Assembly: GCF_009914755.1 (NCBI RefSeq)
Contig: NC_060926.1
Strand: one strand, 5' to 3'
Length of the DNA: 64,000 nt
Source of the DNA: the human T2T-CHM13v2.0 reference genome, Homo sapiens
The translations under genes were made by a program, and so were the position numbers. Within the stretch, counting starts at the first letter, position 1; the number at the start of each line of letters is the position of its first letter. Under the pieces are notes generated by a model. It worked only from the letters and a program-made list of their open reading frames with translations, searched no databases and had not been told where the DNA came from. Shown here one piece after another: positions 1 through 12,192 of this stretch.

Positions 1-22
1 GCATGAGCCACCACACCCGCCC

Positions 23-1122
23 TGTTTCCTGACTTTTTAATGATCGCCATTCTAACTGGCATAAGATGATATCTCACTGTGGTTTTAATTTGCATTTCTC
101 TAATGACCAGTGATGATGAGCTTTTTTTCATATGTTTGTTGGCCGCATAAATGTCATCTTTTGAGAAGTCTCTGTTCATATCCCTTGCCCACTTTTTGAT
201 AGGGTTGTTTTTTTCTTGTAAATTTAAGTTCCTTGTAGATTCTGGAAATTAGATCTTTGTCAGATGGGTAGATTGCAAAAATTTTCTCTCATTCTGTAGG
301 TTGCCTGTTCACTCTGATGCTAGTTTATTTTGTTGTGCAGAAGCTCTTTAGTTTGATTAGATCCAATTTGTCAATTTTGGCTTTTGTTACTATTGCTTTT
401 GCTGTTTTTTAGTCGTGAAGCCTTTGCCCATGCCTATGTCCTGAATGGTATTGCCTAGGTTTTCTTCTAGGGTTTTTATGGTTTTGGGTTTTACATTTAA
501 GTCTTTAATCCATCTTGAGTTAATTTTTGTATAAGGTGTAAGGAAGGGGTCCAGTTTCTGTTTTCTGCATATGACTAGCCAATTTTCCCAGCACCATTTA
601 TTAAATGGGGAATCCTTTCCCCATTGCATGTTTTTGTCAGGTTTGTCAAAGATCAGATGGTTATAGGCATGTGGTGTTATTTCTGAGGTCTCTGTTCTGT
701 TCCATTGGTCTATATGTGTGTTTTGGTACCAGCACCATGCTGTTTTGGTTACTGTAACCTTGTAGTACAGTTTGAAGTCAGGTAGCCTGATGCCTCCAGC
801 TTTGTTCTTTTTGCTTAGGATTGTCTTGGCTATACAGGCTCTTTTTTGTTTCCACATGAAATTTAAAGTAGTTTTTTCTAATTCTGCAAAGAAAGTGAAT
901 GGTAGCTTAATGGGAATAGCATTGAATCTATAAGTTACTTTGGGCAGTATGGCAATTTTCACGATACTGATTCTTCCTGTCCACGAGCATGGACTGTTTT
1001 TCCATTTGTTTGTGTTCTCTCTTATTTCCTTGAGCAGTGGTTTGTAGTTCTCCTTGAAGAAGTCCTTCACATCCCTTGAAAATTGTATTCCTAGGTATTA
1101 TTTTATTATCTTTGTAGCGATT
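23..1122 (-). mobile_element. L1PA (about PA7-PA10 age) ORF2 3' fragment, preceded by the 5' end of a minus-strand Alu (1-22)
   Basis: ORF 390..1070 (-) is L1 ORF2 C-terminal region ([10 protein letters not shown]...IPIKLP...LPDFKLYY...[22 protein letters not shown]). Confidence 0.9.
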
Positions 1123-1159
1123 GGGTCACAATGTATTTTTATGAGGGATGCATATGTTT

Positions 1160-1277
1160 GTTTTTTGAGATGCAGTTTCACTCTGTTGCCCAGACCAGAG
1201 TGGAGTGGAGCGATCTCGGCTCACTGTAACCTCCACCTCCTCAGTTCAAGCAATTCTTGTACCTCAGCCTCCTGAGT
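1160..1277 (-). mobile_element. Alu right-arm fragment
   Basis: T-run followed by gagatgcagtttcactctgttgcccag...cctcagcctcctgagt. Confidence 0.85.
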
Positions 1278-2407
1278 TATTTTTGTCAATTTTTAACTGT
1301 CTTATCAGGAATATTGTCACTCTGCTTTTGGCTTCCTGAGGTGATTATTAAAGAGTTACAGGATAGATGCCAATTGTAATACAAATTCAATTAATGGAGT
1401 TAAGTTACTTTCTTCAAAAAATAGGCATAGGCTCTCCTTGCTTTTTTTTTTTTGTTGTTGTTGTTGTTGTTCTTTCTAGTTCTGCTAATGATATTGTTAA
1501 TGTTAAGTATTCATGTACTTACAAAGTGTGCCCAGAAGAGCCAAAAAAAAAAAAAAAGTTATATTCATTGAGCATCTAGAAAGTAGTGCTAAACAGGCAA
1601 TCGTAAAATAAATCTTGCAGGATGGATAGTTTACCTCTCCATGATATGTTTACTGATTCCACTTAGCAGCACTGGTCTCTTCTTTTTCTGTAATCCTAAA
1701 GTTTTTGGGGTCAGCAGCACACAATTTAATGATGGCTGCTAAGCTTCCTCCTTTCCCTCAAGATAACTGGTTTTAAGGTACTAAGTCAGAGAAAGACTGG
1801 CCTAGTCTTCTCAGCTTTTACTTCCCCAGATCCATTATGCTCTCAGAAGTTAAGAAGGAGAGCTTTCCTTTCTAACAGATTGGTAGGTATTTAGTACAAT
1901 TAGATCACCAACGAGCTCTACCACCTATAGTCATGACCTATTCCACTTTCAGAAATCCCAGATCAATCTAAATTGCTCAAAATTTAATACTTAATGAAAT
2001 GCTTTATTGTTTTCTAAGCTTCCAGGAAGGCGATTAAATCTTGTGGCTTCAGTTAAGTTGTAAATAATTCAAGAGTGGAGAAGGCAGAGGCGGGGCCCAG
2101 TTGAGCAAGTATATCCCATAAACATTTCCTGCTTGGTTGCATCAAGCAAGTTTCAAAATTCTATCAGATTTAATTGTATTGTTCAACATCTTTGGGGTTG
2201 CAATGTATTGATGATATATTGTCTGCTTTTTCACTCACATTAATCTTTTCAAGTGTCTAGTAATTCCAGTCCACCATTCCTTTCCTCCTCCATACTTCCC
2301 CTTATCACCCTTTATCATGAGAAACTGACCATGTAGGAGAAAATATTAGCTTTGAAAAAATAGGACATTTACTTTACCACAGTTTCTGATGTTGTAACAG
2401 ATATCTA

Positions 2408-2824
<417 letters not shown>

Positions 2825-2827
2825 TTA

Positions 2828-3118
2828 TTTTTTTCTTTTTTGGAGATGGAGTCTCTCTCTGTCACCCAGGCCACAGTGCAGTGGTGTGATCTCAGCTCAC
2901 TGCAAACTGCGCTTCCCGGTCTCAAGCGATTCTCCTGCTTCAGCCTCCTGAGTATTTTGGATTACAGGTGTGTGCCACCACACCCTGGCTATTTTTTGTA
3001 TTTTTAGTAGAAATGAAGTTTTGCCACATTTCCCAGGCTGGTCTTCAACTCCTGGCTTATTAGGAGGCTCAGCCTCCCAAATTGCTGGGATTATAGGCGT
3101 GAGCCACTGCATCTGGCC
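2828..3118 (-). mobile_element. Alu (J/S) with TSD
   Basis: Reverse Alu; TSD caagcta(t/c)attatt. Confidence 0.9.
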
Positions 3119-4019
3119 CAAGCTACATTATTGATTGGGGACTGCCTCAAGCTATGAAGCTAAGGATCATTTGCTGATGAAATTCTAGAAATCAAAATAT
3201 ATAAAACCAAGTTGATAGTCACCACTGGGCCATTGGGTCCAGTGAGAAGCAGAGAAAGACAAGCCAAAAGAAAAAAGGGAAGGTAGGGATTTGGATAGAG
3301 CCCATGACCAACTTAAAATATGTAAGCCTGCCTCTGAAGATACTGAAATCCTTAGCATCATATTGGAAATATTTTCAGAATGTTTCCAAAGAAAATACAA
3401 GGTGAATGAAATTCTGGGTTTTAAGTGGAATTAAATAGCAGGAGTACGTTGCAGAGTATAGGCTGCCAGACTTTAGGATTTATGGATCAGTACAATTAAA
3501 GAGAATAAATAACTGGAGGACTATCAAGAGGTGCCAGCTCTTTATTTTTGCCAAGCATTGCTAGCTTGGTTTCCCCCTACTAAGATTCTGTTGGGTGAGG
3601 AGTTAGGCCTAAGGAATAATAGAGTTTAATTTAAACAAAAGATGAGAAAACAGTTCAAAAGATACACAAAGAAAAGTTTATTTTCACTATGTGGAAGTTA
3701 CTAGTTAGCGTTTCCTTCTGTTAGAGTCCAGCTCTTCTGAGCTCTAAGTCCCACAGGGTCGACTTCTGCCAGGTGACTCGCAGTCAGCATAAGTGGGAAG
3801 CTCTGCGATCTGGGGAGCTATGCTGTGACTGACAGAGTCCAGTTACAGCACTCTTCATTTGTGCTCAGGTAGGTACCCTCTACTGTCTGCAAGTCTCAAC
3901 TCCAAACCACACTCAGGTTTCCCTAGCTTACACTGTGCTCCCTGGAGACACGCACAGATGCAAGAAAGTGTTTTCCAGAGCTGTTGATATAATACTTTGT
4001 GGCTGCTACTTTTTTTCTA

Positions 4020-4680
4020 AATGTTTTTTAATATGGAAAATGCTAAGCATATCCCAAAGTAAAGAATGTGTAATGAACCATCATACACTGTCACTCAGCT
4101 TCAACAATTATAAACTAATGGCGAATCTTGTTTTTTCTACATTTCTACCCATTTCCCCAACCCCAGATAATTGTGAAGCAAATTCCAAACATCAGTTCAT
4201 CAATAAACATCTTGATTATATAGCTCTAAAAGCTATAGATTCTTTTTAAAAAAAAAGTACCATTAGCATGCTTTAAAATAATAATAACTCCTCAGTATCA
4301 TCAAATGTCTAGTTAATATTTAAATTTCCTTGATGGTTTCATAAATGTAGTCTTATTTACTTATTTATTTACATATTTATGTGTATATATATATTATAGT
4401 TTGTTTTTTCTATTCAGGACACAAATGAGATCTATGTCTTTTTTCCAGCAGTTTTTAACCATCAGGATTTTTATGATTGCATGTATGTACTTTTATTTTA
4501 CATGTTTCTTTTCCTCTTGAATTTTCTGTAAATTGAAAATTGATCCTAAATGGCTGACCTTTTCTTTTTTTGGCAAGAATATTTCATGGACAGTGGTATG
4601 TCACTCAGTCAAGAAACACATGATCTCTGGTTGTCACTCTTTCTTTTTTTAATGTTAACCACTGATGACTTGGTCTGGAT
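4020..4680 (-). mobile_element. Old L1M 3'-end fragment
   Basis: Degenerate match to recalled L1MC/ME 3'UTR (cagcttcaacaattataaactaatggcgaatcttg; gataattgtgaagcaaattcc; tcagtatcatcaaatgtctag). Confidence 0.55.
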
Positions 4681-6282
4681 CCATTATTTCATTAAGCGTG
4701 TTGGTATTTTCTTATGCTTTTTACAGAAATGCAAATAATTACCTGATTCTTGGGGCATTTTTAAGTTTTCATATTGTTGTGCTAAACTCTAGCAATTATT
4801 CACTGTTTGCAAAAGTGTGATCTCAAGTCTTTTGCACAGCAAGCAGGGATGGTACGGGGCAAAAACAGCCATCATCTAAAATTATCACTATTTCATAGAA
4901 TGAGAGGTTGTTCAAAAGCAGATATAGGAAAAATTTAATTGAATATTAAAAGGTAGAACTTTAAATACATATATCTTTCTAGAAGATTCTCCACTATCCT
5001 GATTTTTCCCCCCCCCACATGCCACTTTGGACAGGGGAAGCTGCATTCTGGACTCGTACCACAGATCAGAATGTAGGAACCATTGGTTAACACCATAACA
5101 TTGGTTAACATCTGCTAGAAGGTGAACATTTGTCTTGCCAAATTAAGGGTGAAGCTCAACTGTATTTTTGAGGGCACCATTTATCCATTGTGTATTCCAA
5201 ATTACTGTCTACAATAAGTTACACTAAGTTTACAAGCTATTGTTTAATTTATTAAATAAACATGTACAAAACACCAATTCTGTGTCATGCACTGAGTCAG
5301 GCACTTGGATTGTAAAATGAACCAGAATATAGAATACAGATGTAACAAAGATGAATAAAAATGTGGAGAGAAGACATTATGATATAACAAAGAAATTGAA
5401 GTTAAGAGACCTGCATCGTTGGTTCCTGCCCCACATCTAAGAACCTTCCTGCCCATGGCATGCAGTATCTGTGAATGGTCCTAATGAGGCATATGTCTTT
5501 TCACACTTATTTTGAAAACTAAGTAAAATAATGAAAATCAAAGGTAAACTATAAACTATAAGAAATTAAATGGTAATGTTTGAATTCACTTGTCATAATT
5601 TCTCCTAGTACATTTTCTCACTGAAATAGCTATAATGCATCCTCTTTCTCCCTTAAAAACTCCAAAACCCTATTCTTTACACTAATGGTTTATTGAAGTA
5701 ATCTTTAAAAGTATTCTATCACCCTCAACCCATCTCATGTTGCTGATAAGGAAGCAGCAATCTAAAATGTGAAGTGACTTATAAAGATGCCCAGTGGTTG
5801 AACTTCCTGATCTCCAGGCCTGTACTCTTCTCACTATGTCATACTGCCTAAGGTTTCTTTCACATTAGGAACTATAAGCATGGGTGGTACATTCTAAAAT
5901 CCTAGGGCATTCAGGAATGGGAGGAGAGCAGCCCAGTTTTGGAGACTAAACATAAGCAGGATACCAAAAAGGCAGGCGGCCACAAGACTCCAGGGATTCT
6001 GTCTGCTAATCACTTGTTCTGTTTGCTCCATAGCTCCTACCCCTTGCTGTCCTTCTCCTCTTCTTTGACTTTTCATATCCCCATTCTTGTGTTGTCTTGA
6101 TACCAGCCTGATGGGACTGATTGGTCTTTTGATGGTGGCTTTGTGGCTGTTGACCTTGGCTAATCAATCTCACCTTGAATTACCAACTCTCCTTCAAGAG
6201 AAGGAATAACAACAAGTTGACCCCCTTGACCTGGGAACTTGAATTCAGTCCAGCTGTTTGGGGTAGCATAGTGTTCCTAAAA

Positions 6283-6503
6283 ATCAAATTTGAATGTCTT
6301 GCTTCCCCTTCCCTCCTTGGTTCCTGGCCCCATCCATCTTCAGAGCCAACTGTTTGAAGACGGAAGGGGCCAGGAACCAAGGAAGAGGGGAAAAGAAGAC
6401 ATTCAAATTTGGGCCAGGAACCAAGGAGGGGGAAAAAAAAAACTGTTGGCTTTGAAAATGGAAGGTGCCAGAAAACAAGGAGGCCATCAAATTTGAATGT
6501 CTT
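6283..6503. repeat. Mosaic inverted/direct repeat: ~57-bp-arm hairpin plus partial copies, bounded by 18-bp direct repeats
   Basis: 6285-6342 pairs with 6355-6411; atcaaatttgaatgtctt occurs at 6283-6300 and 6486-6503. Confidence 0.9.
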
Positions 6504-7110
6504 TATACTAGATCTGCACATTGTAATTTACTATATATTCCGCCATTGTGTATTGAATGCTACGAGCCTTTTTGTTACATTGCTCATAACAGCTGGCCTC
6601 TAATAATATTTGAGTTGGCTATTAGTGGACTAAAATTTTCAGGCAGATCGGGTATTTTGGGGGCAGGGCACCATAATTGTCAGCTTACTATGAGTCTCTC
6701 AAGCCCAAATAATTGCCTGTAGCATTCTTCTCACTCAACTCTACAGGGTCAGAACTGAGTACTGATATGGCCGAGATCACAGGGTTTTGCATTTTGATGT
6801 TGAGTCTTAGGAGGCTCCAGAGAGTGTAGGCGGATCAAGGCAGTTCATAAGAAAAAACAGTTCATAAAACCCTGTTAAAACACAACCTTGTATATGCTTG
6901 AGAGTCGTGAAATGCCTTTTCTGACAGAAATGCCTAAATTAGCATAAGAAGTAGTACTAGTTGGTTCTACATGAAGGCCAGGGTACCCTTATCTTATTTC
7001 TGAAAGAATTCTCCTGGAAGAGACATCTGCCAGAGAAGGTCCAAGGCGGAGCAACAGTATACTTTCCCTTTGCCCCAACCTAATATTCACTAAAATCCTC
7101 TTCAATACAG

Positions 7111-7203
7111 GTTGCCAATTTGGCCTGTTCCATCTCCAACAATGAAGAAGGGGTGAAATTAGTTCGGATGGCAGCCACCCAGATTGACAGCCTGTGTCCC
7201 CAG
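7111..7203 (+). CDS. CTNNA2: CTNNA2 coding exon (~exon 10), 93 nt, phase 0-0: VANLACSISNNEEGVKLVRMAATQIDSLCPQ
   Basis: Acceptor ttcaatacag|GTT, donor CAG|gtaagc. Translation matches the alpha-catenin M-domain. Not in the ORF track. Confidence 0.96.
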
Positions 7204-7347
7204 GTAAGCCTCATTCACTTTGTTTCAAAAGCCTGTCAGTGACCTTCTCCACTCCAGCCCTTGTGCCCCTCCTTTTCCTTCTCTATTTCCTCTTGCTGAA
7301 AAAGGCTACTCATCATTTATGAGCTGTTTCAAGTTCTACCTTTCTCA

Positions 7348-7647
<300 letters not shown>

Positions 7648-8035
7648 CTCCTGTTGACTTTGTTCTATTTGTTTTGGGTTGTGATTTAAATGTTCCATAT
7701 CTATTTACCTTGTCTCGGCAGCTAAATCATAAACTTGCACATGTGGAAAGCAAGAGTTGCATTTCTGCTGTATCTGTGCTAAGTCATGAGACTTGTCCAG
7801 TAAATACTTTTTGAAACCCGAGGCAAACTATTATGTCTTAAAAAGAAGCAAACAAAAATTAATGGTAGTTGAAAATCTCCTTTATCTTTTATGTGTTTGA
7901 TTGTCCTTCTGAACACCAAGAACCCACTTATCTGTAGAACGTACAGGGTGCATGGTTTTAACATGGTCTTTGACCGGCTTATTCCTCTTTTGAAGTGTGT
8001 GGTCATCATGTCCCTGGATTGTTTCCAACAAATAG

Positions 8036-8192
8036 GTCATCAATGCCGCTCTGACACTGGCTGCCCGGCCACAGAGCAAAGTTGCTCAGGATAACATGGA
8101 CGTCTTCAAAGACCAGTGGGAGAAGCAGGTCCGAGTGTTGACAGAGGCCGTGGATGACATCACCTCAGTGGATGACTTCCTCTCTGTCTCAG
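8036..8192 (+). CDS. CTNNA2: CTNNA2 coding exon (~exon 11), 157 nt, phase 0-1: VINAALTLAARPQSKVAQDNMDVFKDQWEKQVRVLTEAVDDITSVDDFLSVS(E)
   Basis: Acceptor aaatag|GTC, donor CAG|gtaatc; in frame with the previous exon. Confidence 0.96.
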
Positions 8193-9819
8193 GTAATCAT
8201 CACAAACAGGTCCCTTACAAGGCAGCTGGAGGAGGGTAACTGAACGAGATAAGGAATGTCTCGCAAATGTCATGGATCTGTGTTTCAGGCGCACTCCTTA
8301 GATCTTTGAGCTTTTTTGATCATCTCTGCAAATGTGATTATAACACCCTCTTAGATGCTTCGGTGTTTATGTTATTTCAAGACACGGAGTCAAGGCATTA
8401 AAAAGGAATACATTATTTAAGGTGGCTTATATTCCTTTTTAGTGTTTGGAGTTTATAAAGCAGGATGGCCTTTGATGTATCTGAATCACTCATGTAAAAA
8501 AGGGCCAGGGAATATGGGATTCATTAATCTACACAGTTTATGTCTTAAAAATAGGTGATCAGTTACTCCAATTTGGCTATGTTAAGTTTTGTTTTGTTTT
8601 GTTTTTTTTCCAACAAGTGAAGGTTTGTGATAACACAGGTAGAGATATCAGCCACAGAACTTACCCCTTAGCAGGGACTTGGTAGCTATCAAGGCTTTGA
8701 GCACTTGTCTATGAGGTTGTAGAAGGAAGCGAGTGAAAGAAAATAGAACTGCTCATCACTTGAAATTATAACTTTCTTCTTTGTAAATGAAGCCAGACTG
8801 GAGGATGCTAGTAGACATGAATAACTGCAGAGACAGTCTGACCTTTAACAGGACTCGTGGAGTCCATTTCAAGATTTGTCTACCAGCCAGCAAATGGACA
8901 TTTTTCCAAATGCTTTTGACCTAACTTATTTGGCCCAGTTCACCTGGAAGAATCTCTGTGAGGAGGAGGTCACTGGAAACATCAGCCTTCTTTGTGAGGT
9001 GTTAAAAGAGCCAGCTGACCCTTGGAAATTCAAATTGGCCAGGTGTTGATTCTACACAGGTGTGTGGAACTCACACCTACTGACTCAGGCAGTACTAGCC
9101 CTGATGACCTGCTGGTTCTTGGCTGACTGAGGGCTGAGGGAGACATTGCATCACTGTTGGTGGGAACCAGGCAGACAGGACCTCTGACTGCAACAGTGTG
9201 GAAGTGATTTCTGAGGGGGGCTGTCATGTTTAGAAAATGTTTCTAGTTGCAGTCTTTTCTTTTCCGGAAGAAACATAATAAATTCCCACTGGGGCTTGTC
9301 TGAGAACTGTGTAGTCAAATCTGTAGATTTGATGGATAATCAAAAATCCAGCTTTTCAATGATGGGGCAAGCCAAGGCAGATGGGAACATTGATGTAACA
9401 TGCGGCCTGTGACTAGAATTTACCTTACTCTCTGCTGCTTGATTTAATTCTCATCAAAATTCTATAAAATAGGTACTACTAATTCTAGGTTTTGTTTTAA
9501 GAAAACTAAGTCATTGAGAGGGTAGGTAACTTGGCAGAGATGGTATTAAAATCCAGATCATCCTCTTTTCAGAAACTCTATAATTCTCAATATGTCAAGA
9601 TAGAAAGGAAATTTCCTTTGGTGCTTGCTGCTTTCATTTCAGCTTCCCTTTCCCACCTCTGGCATTCTCATTCCAATCTCTAATCCCTTTCAGAAACCTG
9701 TCTTGTTTTTTATTCCCAAGGTCTTTGTTTTTGATGACTTGTCAAAGCAACTATTCATTTAAATATCACCATATCTAGAGCTTAGCTGATAAAAGAACTC
9801 AATATATTGTCACTTCTGC

Positions 9820-10120
<301 letters not shown>

Positions 10121-12192
10121 CATTTCTGCTTTTTTATTTTTATTTTTTGCTTTGCTGATAGCTGAGTCCTAATCTTGTAAAAGATACCTCCACAAAATGA
10201 ATCTCTCATAAGGTATTTGGAAATTGCTTAGATAGGTATGTTCGTAATTTGGTTGATGGGGAATAGAAAGGTGGCCACTGATACTAATCTTTATAGTATA
10301 TGGTCAGTTTTTTTCCAGGATAACTATGGTGCTCCAAATAGGAGCCCTTTCCAACCAGCCTCAGATCACACAGCCATCCTGACAGCCCCTGGAAATCTTC
10401 TGCATCCCCTTCTACCTTCAAATCAATAGGAAATACCTATACATTGCCTTTTTCAGAGAGGAATCATTTTAGAACTTACAACTTTTCCAACCTATTCTTT
10501 AAATGCATGCATAAACATTTCTGAGGGTGGGGACAAGCAAGGTGAGGAGGTCTTATCTCAGACTTTTTCAATAGGACAAAGCTTTTGCTAATTTTCCTCC
10601 CCCGAGCCCTGCCTCTTTGCTCCCTTTTCTCCTTGTCATTCCTTTGTGCATCTCATTATTACCAGCAACAAGAAAAGGCTTTTGCTTCTGCTGATAACAC
10701 TGTGCAGTCCAACCCCAGTGGTACAAGTGCCACGGCATGCCATGGCAGGAAAATGAACAGGCGCTGTCAGAGAGCCAGCTTGGCAGGGCCTGCTGGAGCA
10801 TGCCTTTGGAGTTGACAATCAGAGGCAGCAGGCACCTTTCCGCAGACGGGGTTTGACAAATAATGATACAGCCCACTCTGTCCTGCTGGTAGGCTGTGGA
10901 CACAGCCCAATAGCTAGGGAAACTACTTCTCATCTTCTCTCTGAGCTACAGCCAAACATTTACATAAGTAAACTGCAAGTTTGGCCCAAGAGATATTTTG
11001 AAGTGGCATTAATGATATTTTATGTATCAGTTTCTTCTTAGGGGAATATCTCTTTGGTCAGGAAACTCTATTTAAAAAACAATAAAAACAGATCTTTGTT
11101 TTTAAAAGATTGTAGTTTTTTTAATGCTACCCTAACTTCTGTATCTGATATTAAATTTGTCCATATGAAATGCAACAAGTTTGGGGAGCAATGATGCTAG
11201 CTATTAACATTACAGGAGCAAAACCAATTTTAAGATGTGGCCTATGCACATAAAAAAGTGAAATGACTGTGTGATAACAGTCAAACTTTTTCCCACTTTG
11301 GAAAACCTACAATTTTTAATAGTATTTTAAAATAAGCATCTTGGCATTAATCATGTGACAGTTTAATTCTTGGATTTGGCTCACAAAGTAGTAGGAAGCT
11401 AAGATCTGAAAAAGCTATTAACTTGATCTCATAATGCCCAAGAGTTTTGGTTTTTAACTTTTCCTAATTTTTTTTAACTCTACAGTCTTAAGTTTGTTTT
11501 CTTTTAAAAATTCACCGTGAACTTTATTGCTTTGAATCTGTAGCCTTATGGTTTACAACAGTCAAATAGTTTGGTCATCACTGATTTTTTTTCATAACAA
11601 AATTATATCATTTCTAAAATAGTAATGTTGCCAAATATAAGGAAGTTTACAATAAAATATGTTGCAATCAAATGTTTCATGACATGTTTAAATACCACAC
11701 TTGATATTAGAGTGTGCCACCCAAACATTGCAGTTTTTCACAGCAATGGAATAATCTCTAGGATACTTTTGCCTTTTATTACTATTTTCATCTCTTTTCC
11801 TTTCTAGTTGCAACATTCCTCTCTCTCTTTACTTCATGAATTCTTTCTCTTCAAAACACCTCAGAATAAAAGTGTGTAATTGATCGCCCCTTCTCAATGG
11901 GCATGTTCATTCAGTGTCTGTCTTTTGATTGCCTGCTGCCTATAGGCCACTGTCAGGAATGCAAATGTGAATGAAGTGTGTATTCTGCCTTTAAATAATT
12001 GACTGCCCTCCTTGATATATACTAGATTAGCGTGCTTACTAACTGTTAAGTCCTAGACCTGAAGGCACAGGGTATGGGGGTGAGGAAGTTATTACAGGGG
12101 GTTCAAAAATCCATATATACACCAAGTATGGTCTTCTGACCAAAAAGTTCATGTTCATGTCTATGTAAACAGGTATGGCTTTTTTCCAAACA

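Noticed and set aside
390-1070. Longest ORF (226 aa) as a novel gene
   Set aside because: It is a fragment of L1 ORF2 in a truncated element, with no sign of independent expression.
1788-1812. Small hairpin gagaaagact-ggcct-agtcttctc
   Set aside because: Short and imperfect; expected by chance in 64 kb.
6283-6503. CRISPR-like or terminator reading of the repeats
   Set aside because: Eukaryotic intron, mixed orientations, no regular repeat-spacer period and no cas genes.
6175-6722. Dense cluster of overlapping ORFs with internal peptide repeats
   Set aside because: By-product of the mosaic palindrome; no splice signals or recognisable protein family.
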